From: Edaphobacter sp.
Lineage (GTDB): Bacteria; Acidobacteriota; Terriglobia; Terriglobales; Acidobacteriaceae
Reading direction: 5' to 3'
Length of the DNA: 64,000 nt
Assembly (NCBI GenBank): GCA_037200825.1
Contig: JBBCHL010000002.1
Location: 381,757-445,756, forward strand
Shown: one piece after another, positions 41,828 through 55,339 of the stretch
Layout of the letters: the number at the start of each line of letters is the position of its first letter
Numbering within the stretch: position 1 is the first letter of the stretch
Position numbers and translations under genes: made by a program
The notes under the pieces: generated by a model
What the model was told of the DNA's origin: nothing
The model's database searches: none
Seen by the model: the letters and a program-made list of their open reading frames with translations, nothing else

Positions 41828-41854
41828 CAAACGCCCAGCCCAAACCAAGCATCT
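41828..41854 (+). promoter_or_regulatory. ECF-like promoter motif CAAAC-N16-GCATCT
   Basis: Upstream of glgE; shared spacing. Confidence 0.55.
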
Positions 41855-41936
41855 CCCTATTCAGGGGAAACAAACAGAATCCACCCCCTTCGTACCTACG
41901 CAGGAAATTAAAGCAACACCACTAAAATCAGGTCCC

Positions 41937-43986
41937 ATGAAACCCATCGAAGGCCGCCGCCGCGTCATCATCGAAGAGATTCAGCCCCAGGTCGACAACG
42001 GCCGCTACCCCGCCAAACGCATCCTCAACGACCAGGTCACCGTAACCGCAGCCATCTTCACCGACGGCCACGACCACATCGGCGGACAGCTCCTCTACCG
42101 CCACATCATCGAAAAAGACTGGCACGTTACCCCCCTCACAGCCCTCACCAACGACCTCTGGCAAGCCACTTCTCCGTCGACCAACTCGGCGACTGGCTCT
42201 TCACCATCGAAGCCTGGGTCGATCACTTCGCCACCTGGTGCGCCGACCTCAAAAAGCGCCTCGCCGCCACCGATACCCAGGACATCCCCCTCGCCCTACG
42301 CACCGGAGCCATCCCTCCTCGAACAGGCCGCCCAGCGAGCCAAAGGCCCCGCCACGCATCAGCTCACTCAGGCCGCAGACCTCAACCACCTCGCCGCATC
42401 CAACACCCCCATCCAATGCTTCCCCCTGGCCGCCCAGACCATCGACATCGCCGCCCAACATCCTGACCTGACCCTCGCCACCCGCTACCCAAAGGAGCTT
42501 CCCCCTCTGGGTCGACCGCGAGCGTGCCCGCTACTCCACCTGGTACGAGCTCTTCCCCCGTTCCACATCTCCAGATCCCGCCCGCCAAGGCACCTTCGCC
42601 GACGTCCAGGCCCTCCTGCCCACCATCGCCACCATGGGCTTCGACGTCCTCTACATGCCGCCCATCCACCCCATCGGCGACGCCTTCCGCAAAGGCCGCA
42701 ACAACACCACCACACCCTCCCCAGGCGATCCCGGCAGCCCATGGGCCATCGGCTCCAGACTCGGCGGTCACAAAGCCATCAATCCAGACCTCGGCACCCT
42801 CGCGGACTTCGACGCCCTGATCAACTCAGCCCGAGCCCACAACATCGAGCTGGCCCTCGACATCGCCTTCCAGTGCTCTCCCGACCACCCCTGGGTCGCC
42901 GAACACCCCGACTGGTTCAGCATCCGCCCCGACGGCTCCATCCAGTACGCCGAAAACCCGCCAAAAAAATATCAGGATATCTACCCCCTCAACTTCGAAT
43001 CCGCTCATTGGCGCGGCCTCTGGCAAGCCCTTTACGACGTCTTCCTCTACTGGATTCGCCGCGGCATCCGCATCTTCCGCGTCGACAACCCCCACACCAA
43101 GGCCTTTCTCTTCTGGGAGTGGTGCCTCGCCGAGATCCACAAAAAATATCCCGATGTCCTCTTCCTCGCCGAAGCCTTCACCCGCCCCCACGTCATGTAC
43201 TCCCTCGCCAAGGCCGGCTTCTCCCAATCCTACACCTACTTCACCTGGCGCAACGCCGGAGCCGAGCTCCAGCAGTACTTCGAAGAGATCACCCACCCAC
43301 CCATCTCCGACTTCTTCCGCCCCAACCTCTGGCCCCAACACCCCCGACATCCTCCACGCCACCCTCCAGAACGGAGGCCGCCCCGCCTTCATGCAGCGGT
43401 TCATCCTCGCCGCCACGCTAGGCGCAAACTACGGCATCTATGGCCCAGCCTTCGAGCTAGGCGAGAACCTGCCTTTGAAACCCGGCAGCGAAGAGTACCT
43501 CAACAGCGAAAAAGTACGAGATCCGCCACTGGGACCGCACTGCCCCCCACTCCATCGCCCCGCTCATCACACAGGTCAACCGCATCCGCCGCGAAAACCC
43601 GGCCCTCCAAAGCAATGAAACCCTCCACTTCTACCCCGCCGACAATCCCAACATCCTCTGCTACAGCAAAACCCACGGCGACAATCGCATCCTCGTAGCC
43701 ATCAACCTCGACCCCACCCAGGAGCAAGCCGGCTGGATCGACCTCGACCTCAAAAAACTGGCCCTCCCCTACCACCAGGACTTTGAGATCGAAGACCTCC
43801 TCACCGGCACTCACTACCAATGGCACGACCGCAGCAACTATGTAGCCCTCCGCCCCGACGTCCAGCCTGCCCACATCTTCCGCATCGTCACCCCCACCCC
43901 CTTCCCCGGAACCAACCCCCACCGAAAAACCAACCCCGCCACCACCCCCCGGAACAGTGGCCCTCCGGATAACATCCGGACTATAG
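41937..43986 (+). CDS. glgE: Alpha-1,4-glucan:maltose-1-phosphate maltosyltransferase GlgE (several frameshifts; 3' end approximate)
   Basis: PQVDNGRYPAKR, STWYELFPRS, GFDVLYMPPIHPIG, QCSPDHPW, AENPPKKYQDIYP, FRVDNPHTK, FLAEAFTRP. Confidence 0.92.
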
Positions 43987-43991
43987 AAAGT

Positions 43992-44066
43992 CGTCATCCT
44001 GGATGCGGAGAGAAGGTCGTCATCCTTCACGCAGTGAAGGATCCCCGCATTTGCCTTTGCCGTTGC
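43992..44066 (+). repeat. REP-like element, family A
   Basis: GTCATCCTTCAC-GCA-GTGAAGGATCCCCGCATTTGCC with a 9-bp perfect stem and a GCC-TTT-GCC-GTT-GC tail. Confidence 0.75.
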
Positions 44067-44131
44067 GTAAACTTTCCCGGCATCGCGTTTGCCGTTACCC
44101 TGAGTCTGATAGGTTGAGACTTCAACCTGTG

Positions 44132-44158
44132 GGCACATTCCTCTCTCTCCCTGCATCC
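44132..44158 (+). promoter_or_regulatory. ECF-like promoter motif GGCAC-N16-GCATCC
   Basis: Upstream of treS; shared spacing. Confidence 0.5.
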
Positions 44159-44239
44159 AATCCAACAACAAACAACCGGCCCCCCTAAAAAATCCGTCTT
44201 ATCCGCGTCCAATCCGCGGTCGACCATCATGAGGCAAGA

Positions 44240-47732
<3,493 letters not shown>

Positions 47733-47806
47733 CCCTGCCCGTCGCGCACAAAATTCACGCATCGACCGGTCCCTTTCTCCCCTTTTCATCCTGTAGACTG
47801 GCACCC

Positions 47807-47977
47807 ATGAATGACATCGACATCGACCTCATCGTCGACGCGCTCCGCAAGAACGGCCACACCGTAGAGCATGTCTTCTCCGTCCCCGACAACGCCGGCA
47901 TCTACGAGTTCGTCGTAGACGGCAACACCCTCAACCTCGAAGAGACCCGCCACCTCCTCGAGAGAGAAGCAAAATAA
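47807..47977 (+). CDS. Small hypothetical protein (56 aa), not in the ORF track
   Basis: MNDIDIDLIVDALRKNGHTVEHVFSVPDNAGIYEFVVDGNTLNLEETRHLLEREAK*; strong C-ending codon bias; TAGACT -10 box 7 nt upstream. Confidence 0.75.
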   Translation: MNDIDIDLIVDALRKNGHTVEHVFSVPDNAGIYEFVVDGNTLNLEETRHLLEREAK

Positions 47978-47980
47978 ATC

Positions 47981-48667
47981 TCACTTCCCGCCATCGATAT
48001 CTTCATGAAGATCGTGCGGAGCTTCCTTCCCCTCGAGAAACGCCTCATCCGTTTCTGCGCTCAACCGTGCCATCAGGTCCATATACATCAGGTGCGCGTT
48101 CCAAACCCCAAACCGCTCTAGCGCCGCCGAAGCCTGCTCCGCCGTAATGTCGTTGTGGCCGAAATTCGTCTTCGCCATCAGCCCCAGAAACTGCGCTTCA
48201 TCCTCCAGTATCTTGTTCTGCTGATCCAGAAAATCCTTCTGCGCCCCATACACATCGGAGTAGCGTTGCGCATCCCCATACGGCATAAACGCCAGCGCCC
48301 CAGTAGTCTGCGCTGTCCTCCAAGCCGTATCCCGCAACCCCACAATCGAGTAGTCCGCCGTAATCGACGCGTTCTGCGCCGCCTTGTCCTTGGGGTTCTC
48401 CTGAATCTTCGTCAGCACATCGATATTCTTCTTCATCATCGCCCGCTGCGTCTTCAGATTCTTCAGCGCATCCTTCATCGACTCGGAGTTGTGCTGAATC
48501 TCATCCCGCATCGTCTCCCGAGCCTCTCCCACCAGCTTGTGCTCTCGATGCAGCTCCACACACCCTTCAATCCCAACCGCAATCAACAACCCCACGGTAA
48601 TCGTCACCAGATGTACAAAGAAATCCTTCCACCCTCCAATCGGATGATGCGGAGCATGAACGTCCAA
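47981..48667 (-). CDS. Hypothetical membrane-anchored helical protein
   Basis: DVHAPH…WKDFFVHLVTITVGLLIAVGIE N-terminal TM, helical body; GGGAGGGG SD. Confidence 0.8.
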   Translation of the reverse strand: MDVHAPHHPIGGWKDFFVHLVTITVGLLIAVGIEGCVELHREHKLVGEARETMRDEIQHNSESMKDALKNLKTQRAMMKKNIDVLTKIQENPKDKAAQNASITADYSIVGLRDTAWRTAQTTGALAFMPYGDAQRYSDVYGAQKDFLDQQNKILEDEAQFLGLMAKTNFGHNDITAEQASAALERFGVWNAHLMYMDLMARLSAETDEAFLEGKEAPHDLHEDIDGGK

Positions 48668-48802
48668 AATCCCCTCCCATAACGCCTTCCACCGTTATAG
48701 CGCACCCACCAACCAGGAGTCCTCATCCAGACCAATCAAAAGTACTAACTAAGAGCACTAACTAATTGCCACCAGCCCACGAATTACCACCAACCCGAAG
48801 CC

Positions 48803-49166
48803 GTCATTCTGAGCGCAGCGAAGAATCCCCGCATTTCGCCGCTGCCATTGCCGCTACTATTGCCGCTGCCGTTGCTGCTGCTGTTCAAGTTGTAGTTCAA
48901 GAACCTCCGACCAACCAAGACCGTGTCATCCTGACCCTGAGCGCAGTCGAACGGGAGTTCGCGCACCTTGCGAACTACGCAGTCGAAGAGCTTGTCTTGA
49001 GCCTGCCAAAGAACCTGCAGTTGCTCTTGCCGTTGCAGTTGCAGTTGCTGTTGCTCTTGCCGTTGCCGTTGCTCTTGCAGTTGCAGTTGCAGTTGCTGTT
49101 GCTGTTGCTCTTGCTCTTGCCGTTGCAGTTGCTCTTGCCGTTGCTGTTGCTCTTGCCGTTGCCTTG
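48803..49166. repeat. Composite repeat patch: family A REP copies, GCY triplet run and ~25 hexamer units (GTTGCN/CTTGCC)
   Basis: GTCATTCTGAGCGCAGCGAAGAATCCCCGCATTT at 48803; GTCATCCTGACCCTGAGCGCAGTCGAACGGG at 48925; hexamers 49017-49166. Confidence 0.85.
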
Positions 49167-49243
49167 GCCTCTAGGTAACCCAAGGCTTCAGCCTTGGGCC
49201 TCTCCCTCCACCAGCACAAGGGGCTTCAGCCCCTGGGGTATGT
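49167..49243 (-). repeat. REP-like element, family B
   Basis: Reverse complement CCCCAGGGGCTGAAGCCCC…CCCAAGGCTGAAGCCTTGGGTTACCTAGAGGC, homologous to 4453-4527. Confidence 0.8.
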
Positions 49244-49264
49244 TTCCTATCCCCGCCACGAACG

Positions 49265-51952
49265 CTAAAGCAAACCCTCCACGACCCCAGCCACCCCATT
49301 CAAAGCCCCATCCAAAGCCCCAACATCACTCCCGCCAGCCTCCGCCAGGTCAGGCCGCCCACCACCCTTCCCACCAACCTGAGCCGCGATCAACCCAACC
49401 ACCTTCCCCGCCTGCACCCTCGAAGTAAGATCCTTCGTCACCCCCACAATCAAAGAAACCTTACCATCCACAGCAGCCCCCAACACCACAACCCCAGACC
49501 CAAGCTTCCCACGAAGCTGATCCACCAGCTCCCGCATCTGCGCCTTCTCCAACCCATCCACCCGCTGAGCCAGCACCTTGATGCCTTTGACCGAAACAGC
49601 CGAAGCCCCGGCATCCGCCAAAGAAGAGGACGCAGCCTTCATGCGAACGCTATCCAGCTCTCGCCGCAGCTTCTTCATCTCCTCTTCCTGAGAAGCAATC
49701 CGGGCACGCAAAGCATCCGCTGGCGCAACCGGCTCCGAAGAAGAACCGACGAAAGCCACCACCACCTTAGCCACATCAAAATCCCTTCGGAACTCATGCA
49801 GCGCGCCAGTCCCGCTCACTGCCTCCACCCGACGAACCCCCGAAGACACCGACCCCTCCCCCACAATCTTGATCAGCCCAATCTCTCCCGTCGCCGCCGT
49901 ATGCGTCCCTCCGCAAAGCTCCGTCGAGAAGTCCCCAATCTTCACCACCCTCACCCGCTCGCCATACTTCTCGCCAAACAGGGCCATCGCCCCCAGCTCA
50001 TTCACCGCCACATCGATCGGCACATCCACCAGCGTCTCCACCTTCGCATTCCCCATCACCTGCTGGTTTACGATGTCCTCAACCTCGCGCAGCTCCTCCT
50101 CCGCCACACCCGCGAAGTGCGAAAAATCGAACCGCAGCCGCGTAGCATCGTTCAACGACCCCGCCTGCTTCACATGCTTGCCCAGAACCTCCCGCAGCGC
50201 CGCATGCAGCAGATGCGTCCCCGTATGGTTCCGCTCCGTAGCCACGCGGTTCGCCGCATCGACCACCGTATCCACCGTATCGCCCAGCGCAATCGTCTGG
50301 TTCACCCTCACCTTATGCGCAAAAACTCCCTGCACCGGCTTCGTCGCCCCACTCACCTCTGCCACCACCTGGTTGTGATCGCCCGAGTACAACCACCCCT
50401 GGTCCCCCACCTGCCCGCCCGAGTCCGCATAAAAACTCGTAGCATCCAGCACCACCTCACCGGTCTCGCCGCCCTTCAACTCAGGCACACCAACGCCATC
50501 CTTGACGAGCGCCAGCACCCGAGCCCCATCCACCCGCAGCGCCGAATACCCTTCAAACTCTGTCTTAGGCAACTCCCGATAAACCGGAGCCACCGACTTC
50601 TGCGACCCACCCTTCCAAGAAGCCCGAGCCCGCGCCTGTTCCTCCTCTTTTGCGCGATCAAACCCTTCCATGTCGAACGGAATACCGGCGTCGCGCGCCG
50701 CATCGACCATAAAGTCCAGCGGCATTCCAAATGTCTCATACAAACGAAACGCCAACGCACCCGAGCGTAACGTCTCTTCATTCATCTGCTTCAAGCCAAG
50801 TTCAAGCGTACGAGCAAACTGTTGTTCCTCAGCCAGCACCACCTTGCTAACCCGCTCCGCCGACTCCTTCAACTCTGGATAAGCCACCCCCATCTCATCC
50901 CGCACCGCAAACACCATCTCATACATAAACGGCTTCTCCTGCCCCAGCAGCCGTCCATGCCGAATCCCGCGCCGCATAATCTTCCGCAGCACATACCCAC
51001 GCCCTTCATTCGAAGGCAACACCCCATCCGATATCAGAAACGTCGCACACCGAGCATGGTCCGCAATAATCCGCAGCGAAGCATTTGATCTTTCATCCGT
51101 ATGATCCGCGCCATCCGCGGTCGTCAGTTCTTTAGCCCGCGCAATCAGCGGAGTAAACAGATCCGTCTCAAAGTTCGACAGCACCCCCTGCAGCACAGCC
51201 GAAACCCGCTCCAACCCCATCCCTGTATCGATCGAAGGCTTAGGCAGCGGAGTCAGCGTAGCCACACCCGTCTTCACATCCAGACCGCGGTCGAACTGCA
51301 TGAAAACCAGATTCCATATCTCGACATACCGCTGCTCATCATGCGGAAAAGGCTTATCGACTCCCGGCTCCTCCGCCGCTTCGATTCCCAAATCGTAAAA
51401 GATCTCCGAGCAAGGCCCGCAAGGCCCCGTCTCGCCCATCTGCCAAAAATTATCCTTCGCACCCATCCCGAAGATGCGTTCCTTCGGCACGCCCGTCTCA
51501 ATCCACAACCGCTCCGCCTCATCATCCCGCGGAACCTTCGTATCCCCCTCGAACACCGTGCAGTACAACTTAGCCGGATCGATCCCAAACCACTCCTTCG
51601 AGGTCAGCAGCTCCCACGCAAAAGCAATCGCATCCTTCTTGAAGTAGTCCCCAAACGAAAAATTCCCCAGCATCTCAAAGAACGTATGGTGTCGTCGCGT
51701 AAACCCGACGTTCTCCAGATCGTTATGCTTCCCACCTGCCCGCACACACTTCTGGCTCGAAGCCGCCCGCGTATAGTCCCGCTTCTCATTGCCAAGAAAA
51801 ACATCCTTAAACTGATTCATCCCCGCATTGGTAAACAGCAGCGTAGGATCATTCGCCGGCACCAGCGAAGAAGAGTGCACCCGCCTGTGCCCCTTACCCT
51901 CAAAAAACCGCAAAAAATCTTCCCGAATCTGATTCCCCGACCTATAGTTCAT
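49265..51952 (-). CDS. alaS: Alanine--tRNA ligase
   Basis: [61 protein letters not shown]. Confidence 0.99.
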   Translation of the reverse strand: MNYRSGNQIREDFLRFFEGKGHRRVHSSSLVPANDPTLLFTNAGMNQFKDVFLGNEKRDYTRAASSQKCVRAGGKHNDLENVGFTRRHHTFFEMLGNFSFGDYFKKDAIAFAWELLTSKEWFGIDPAKLYCTVFEGDTKVPRDDEAERLWIETGVPKERIFGMGAKDNFWQMGETGPCGPCSEIFYDLGIEAAEEPGVDKPFPHDEQRYVEIWNLVFMQFDRGLDVKTGVATLTPLPKPSIDTGMGLERVSAVLQGVLSNFETDLFTPLIARAKELTTADGADHTDERSNASLRIIADHARCATFLISDGVLPSNEGRGYVLRKIMRRGIRHGRLLGQEKPFMYEMVFAVRDEMGVAYPELKESAERVSKVVLAEEQQFARTLELGLKQMNEETLRSGALAFRLYETFGMPLDFMVDAARDAGIPFDMEGFDRAKEEEQARARASWKGGSQKSVAPVYRELPKTEFEGYSALRVDGARVLALVKDGVGVPELKGGETGEVVLDATSFYADSGGQVGDQGWLYSGDHNQVVAEVSGATKPVQGVFAHKVRVNQTIALGDTVDTVVDAANRVATERNHTGTHLLHAALREVLGKHVKQAGSLNDATRLRFDFSHFAGVAEEELREVEDIVNQQVMGNAKVETLVDVPIDVAVNELGAMALFGEKYGERVRVVKIGDFSTELCGGTHTAATGEIGLIKIVGEGSVSSGVRRVEAVSGTGALHEFRRDFDVAKVVVAFVGSSSEPVAPADALRARIASQEEEMKKLRRELDSVRMKAASSSLADAGASAVSVKGIKVLAQRVDGLEKAQMRELVDQLRGKLGSGVVVLGAAVDGKVSLIVGVTKDLTSRVQAGKVVGLIAAQVGGKGGGRPDLAEAGGSDVGALDGALNGVAGVVEGLL

Positions 51953-52011
51953 AGCCTTAAAGTCTATCAGCGCAAACCACTCCGCTCACCCGACCACCCC
52001 AGGCCTCTAGA

Positions 52012-52122
52012 TGTGAAGTTTCAATAGGTTGTTGTCCATTCGGTCTCCTGGAGTGTTGCTTGTTCGCAACTTCAGCATCCCAGTTCTCGATCGAATGGAC
52101 GACAAGATCTTGATAGCTCACA
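52012..52122 (+). mobile_element. IS481-family-derived MITE / internally deleted IS (111 bp)
   Basis: TGT…ACA ends; imperfect terminal inverted repeats (27/36 identical including flanks); flanks TCTAGA / CCTGGA resemble the NCTAGN target of IS481 as I recall it; no transposase. Confidence 0.7.
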
Positions 52123-52142
52123 CCTGGATGCCACGTCTAGGA

Positions 52143-53102
52143 TTAGCGGACCTCGCTTTGAAGCGAGCTCTGGGCTGCGTCATTTGCGGCGAGACGCGCG
52201 ACCTTCTCGCGGTGCTTGTTGATGTAATGGGCAGCGATGTCGGGGTAGAACTCGCGGATGCTGGAGAAGATGACGTCGCGCATGGCTGAGTACCCGAACT
52301 TGGTGGCAAGCACACTGAAGTCGCTCGATCCCGGGGGATAGTAGTAGCGGGAAATGTACTGCGTGAGAACCTTGCCGCCCAGGCCAGCGATGTTGGGTGT
52401 CTGGCTTCCGCCGTAGGTGCGTGCAACTGCCTGGCGGCTGATGACGTAGAGTTCGCGAACGGCGATATTGTGTCCGTGGCCTAGTGGGTAGAAGCGTGTG
52501 TCTTCGTGGAGAAGGCTGGGTAGCAGCCATGCGGAGAGATAGGTGCCGTCGGTTTTGTCGAGGAAGCCGCGCCAGGTGTAGGCGTAGAAGCCACCGACAC
52601 CCTTGCCGAGAGCGGGATGTTGATTGAGAGCTTCCGCGGAGAGGGAGGTGAGGCCGAGAAAGATGAAGCTGGAGTAGTCCGTTGCCTGATGGGTGGCGAC
52701 GGTGAAGTTGTACTTCCACCCGGGAGGATGGGGTTTGGCTCCTGCGGAGACAGAGCGGAAGTTGGGCATGAAGCCCAGGATGCGTTGGGGCTGCTGTCGT
52801 TCGAGGGGGATGGGATCGCCGTTGGCATCCAGCTCGATGGTCTTATTCGCTTTGGGCTTGTCGCTGTTTTTGGCGGCTGTTGCGGCGGCGTTCTGATCGG
52901 AGGTTTGGGGGGTGTTGCCGGAAGGGTAGAAGGAGTAGTCGAAGGGATCGGAGGAGTCGAGAGTGGAGGAATCAGCTTCCGTGGCTGGGTTGGCAGAGGC
53001 GAGAAGAAGCTGTGAGGGCGCATCGGGGAGAGTTTCGGATTGTTGCTGGGCAGGCGCGTGAAGCGCAGCACAGAGAATTGCTACGGAAAGGATGGTTTGC
53101 AA
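52143..53102 (-). CDS. Secreted hypothetical protein
   Basis: Signal peptide, LPDAPS linker, QRILGFMPNF…LLHEDTRFY…IREFYPDI. Confidence 0.8.
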   Translation of the reverse strand: MQTILSVAILCAALHAPAQQQSETLPDAPSQLLLASANPATEADSSTLDSSDPFDYSFYPSGNTPQTSDQNAAATAAKNSDKPKANKTIELDANGDPIPLERQQPQRILGFMPNFRSVSAGAKPHPPGWKYNFTVATHQATDYSSFIFLGLTSLSAEALNQHPALGKGVGGFYAYTWRGFLDKTDGTYLSAWLLPSLLHEDTRFYPLGHGHNIAVRELYVISRQAVARTYGGSQTPNIAGLGGKVLTQYISRYYYPPGSSDFSVLATKFGYSAMRDVIFSSIREFYPDIAAHYINKHREKVARLAANDAAQSSLQSEVR

Positions 53103-53308
53103 ACGGGGAATCCAATCGGGGGTCGATGTAGCTATTTTAACTATTTAATGGTCTGTAGATAAGATTATTTTCAGGGGCAGTAGTTGCAAATTATGCAGGA
53201 TCGAGGGCAGGGCTCGCCACGGCAGGCCAATCCCTCCTTATGGCGTGCCTTTTGTGTGAGATAGCTCAATCTAAGCCACGAATGACCGCTGGCATTCCAG
53301 GCGTGATT

Positions 53309-54262
53309 TCAGCGGCCGTACTCTTCGAGGTATTTTTCTACTTCCAAGGCGGCCATGCAGCCGGAGCCGGCGGCTGTGATGGCCTGGCGGTAGCGGCGGT
53401 CCTGGATGTCTCCGCAGGCGAACACGCCGGGGATGATCTCGCCGTTCAACGTGGTGTAGACGTTATTCTTTGTGAGGATGTAGCCGTCGGGGTCGAGGTC
53501 GAGCATGCCCTGGAAGGCCTTGGCATTGGGGATGTGGCCGATGGCGAGGAACATGAACTTGACGGGGAGAATGGATTCTTCGCCGGAGACGCGGTTTTTG
53601 ATGCGAAGGCCGTTGACGTCCTTGTCTTCGACGCCGAGAACTTCTTCGACGGTGGTGTTGGTGAGGAAGTTGATCTGCGGATGAGCCATCGCGCGGTCGA
53701 GCATGATCTTCGAAGCGCGGAAGGTTTCCGTGCGGTTGATGATGTTCACCTTGGTGGCGAAGCGCGTGAGGAAGAGAGCCTCTTCCATGGCGGAGTCGCC
53801 TCCGCCGATGACGGCGATCTCTTTGCCGGAGGAGAAGAATCCGTCGCAGGTGGCGCAAGAGGTAACGCCGTGGCCGATGAGGGCCTGTTCGCTGGGCAGG
53901 TTGAGCCAGCGCGCGGAGGCTCCGGACGCGATGATGAGCGTGCGGGTGTAGATGGTCTCCTTGCCGATGTTGAGGGCGAAAGGACGCCTGGAGAGATCGA
54001 TGGAGTGTAGGTGGGCCATCCTGAGCTCGGCGCCGAAGCGGACGGCCTGCTTCTTTATGTTCTCGATGAGCTCAGGGCCCTGGATGCCTTCGGGCCAGCC
54101 GGGGAAGTTTTCGACGAGCGTGGTGATGGAGAGCTGGCCGCCGGGCTCGTGGCCCTCGAGGACGAGGGGCTTGAGGTTGGCGCGGGCAGCGTAGATGGCA
54201 GCGGTGAGGCCGGAGCATCCGGAGCCGAGGATAACGGTGTCGCGAGTCGTGTTTTCAGGCAT
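53309..54262 (-). CDS. trxB: Thioredoxin reductase
   Basis: GSGCSG, PGGQL, CATCDG, GGGDSAMEEA, YRQAITAAGSG. Confidence 0.98.
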   Translation of the reverse strand: MPENTTRDTVILGSGCSGLTAAIYAARANLKPLVLEGHEPGGQLSITTLVENFPGWPEGIQGPELIENIKKQAVRFGAELRMAHLHSIDLSRRPFALNIGKETIYTRTLIIASGASARWLNLPSEQALIGHGVTSCATCDGFFSSGKEIAVIGGGDSAMEEALFLTRFATKVNIINRTETFRASKIMLDRAMAHPQINFLTNTTVEEVLGVEDKDVNGLRIKNRVSGEESILPVKFMFLAIGHIPNAKAFQGMLDLDPDGYILTKNNVYTTLNGEIIPGVFACGDIQDRRYRQAITAAGSGCMAALEVEKYLEEYGR

Positions 54263-54336
54263 ATTGAACCACCTTAGTGTAAATGCGCGACGGAGGAAAA
54301 GGATGCAAGAGCGGGATTAGTGCAAGAATTGACGTT

Positions 54337-54537
54337 ATGGCGAATCTTACCTTGGTGTATGGAATGAGGCTGTTACCGGCAGATGAGGTAGCAGCAGTGG
54401 GCGATGCGCCCGTAACGCTGAAGAACGGCAACCAGGCTCAGGTGACAATGCATGTGCTCGAAGGGAGCCGGGAGGAGATCGAGAAACAGCTTCGGCTGAG
54501 TCTGGATGCGTTTTTCGATTTTTATCCGGAGATTTAG
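54337..54537 (+). CDS. Small hypothetical protein (66 aa)
   Basis: MANLTLVYGMRLLP…LDAFFDFYPEI; extended -10 TGcAAGAAT 7 nt upstream; divergent from trxB. Confidence 0.7.
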   Translation: MANLTLVYGMRLLPADEVAAVGDAPVTLKNGNQAQVTMHVLEGSREEIEKQLRLSLDAFFDFYPEI

Positions 54538-54634
54538 GCGCTACTACTGACAGGCTGATTTGAGTGTACGGAAATAGGTCAGTGCTCTTCGGCGCGTCTC
54601 TTCCTGACGAAAGGAGGAAGAGAGCGGAGGAGAG

Positions 54635-55339
54635 ATGAGCCACTGGCTGCGGGTGTCTTTTGGGCTGCGGGTTTTGGTGCTGGCGAGTGGGCTGGCTGCT
54701 GGCGTGGCTTGTGCGCAGACGGCAGGGGTGACGGCGTCCGGGCCTGAGACGGTGGTGGATATTCTGCGTGAGTTTTCGGGCCAGGCTGCGGTGATCTTTG
54801 CCGGGCAGGTGCTGGCGGTGAGGCAGCCGGGAACGGGTGTGGTGGAGGTAGAGTTTCGGGTGGATGAGGCGATTCGCGGATGTTCGACGGGTGCGCCTTA
54901 TGTTTTGCGGGAGTGGGATGGGTTGTGGGTTGGCGGGGCGCCGCGGTACCGGGTGGGGCAGAGGTTGTTGATGCTGCTGCATGCTCCGAGTGCGGCGGGG
55001 ATGAGCTCGCCGGTGGGCGGGTTGGATGGAGCGATTCCGATTCGACAGGGATCGGCGGCAACGGAGAGCGGCGGGGCGGCACAGCCTCCTTATGTGGATC
55101 TGCGATGGCTGGGGGCTCGGGTGCCGAGGAAGGTTGAGTATGCTGCGCAGCCGACAAGGCGGGTAGGTGCGGCTGCGCGGGCTGCGGTTGTTGCGGCGGA
55201 AGGATGTGTGGGCGCTGCTCCGATTGTGGTGATGGGTGGGGGCGGAGAGTCGTCTTCAGTGCCTTCGCAGCAGGCTTCGGTGGATGCGGTGATGGGGATG
55301 TTGAAGGGTTGGGAGAGGGCGCAGCATGAGGCTCCGTGA
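54635..55339 (+). CDS. Secreted hypothetical protein, possible OB/TIMP-like fold
   Basis: Signal peptide; AAVIFAGQVLAV…VEFRVDEAIRG…YRVGQRLLMLL pattern; overlaps the next gene. Confidence 0.7.
   Translation: MSHWLRVSFGLRVLVLASGLAAGVACAQTAGVTASGPETVVDILREFSGQAAVIFAGQVLAVRQPGTGVVEVEFRVDEAIRGCSTGAPYVLREWDGLWVGGAPRYRVGQRLLMLLHAPSAAGMSSPVGGLDGAIPIRQGSAATESGGAAQPPYVDLRWLGARVPRKVEYAAQPTRRVGAAARAAVVAAEGCVGAAPIVVMGGGGESSSVPSQQASVDAVMGMLKGWERAQHEAP

Noticed and set aside
48766-49428. ORFs encoding poly-Leu or ATATARA peptides
   Set aside because: Translations of the hexamer array and REP elements; no coding signal
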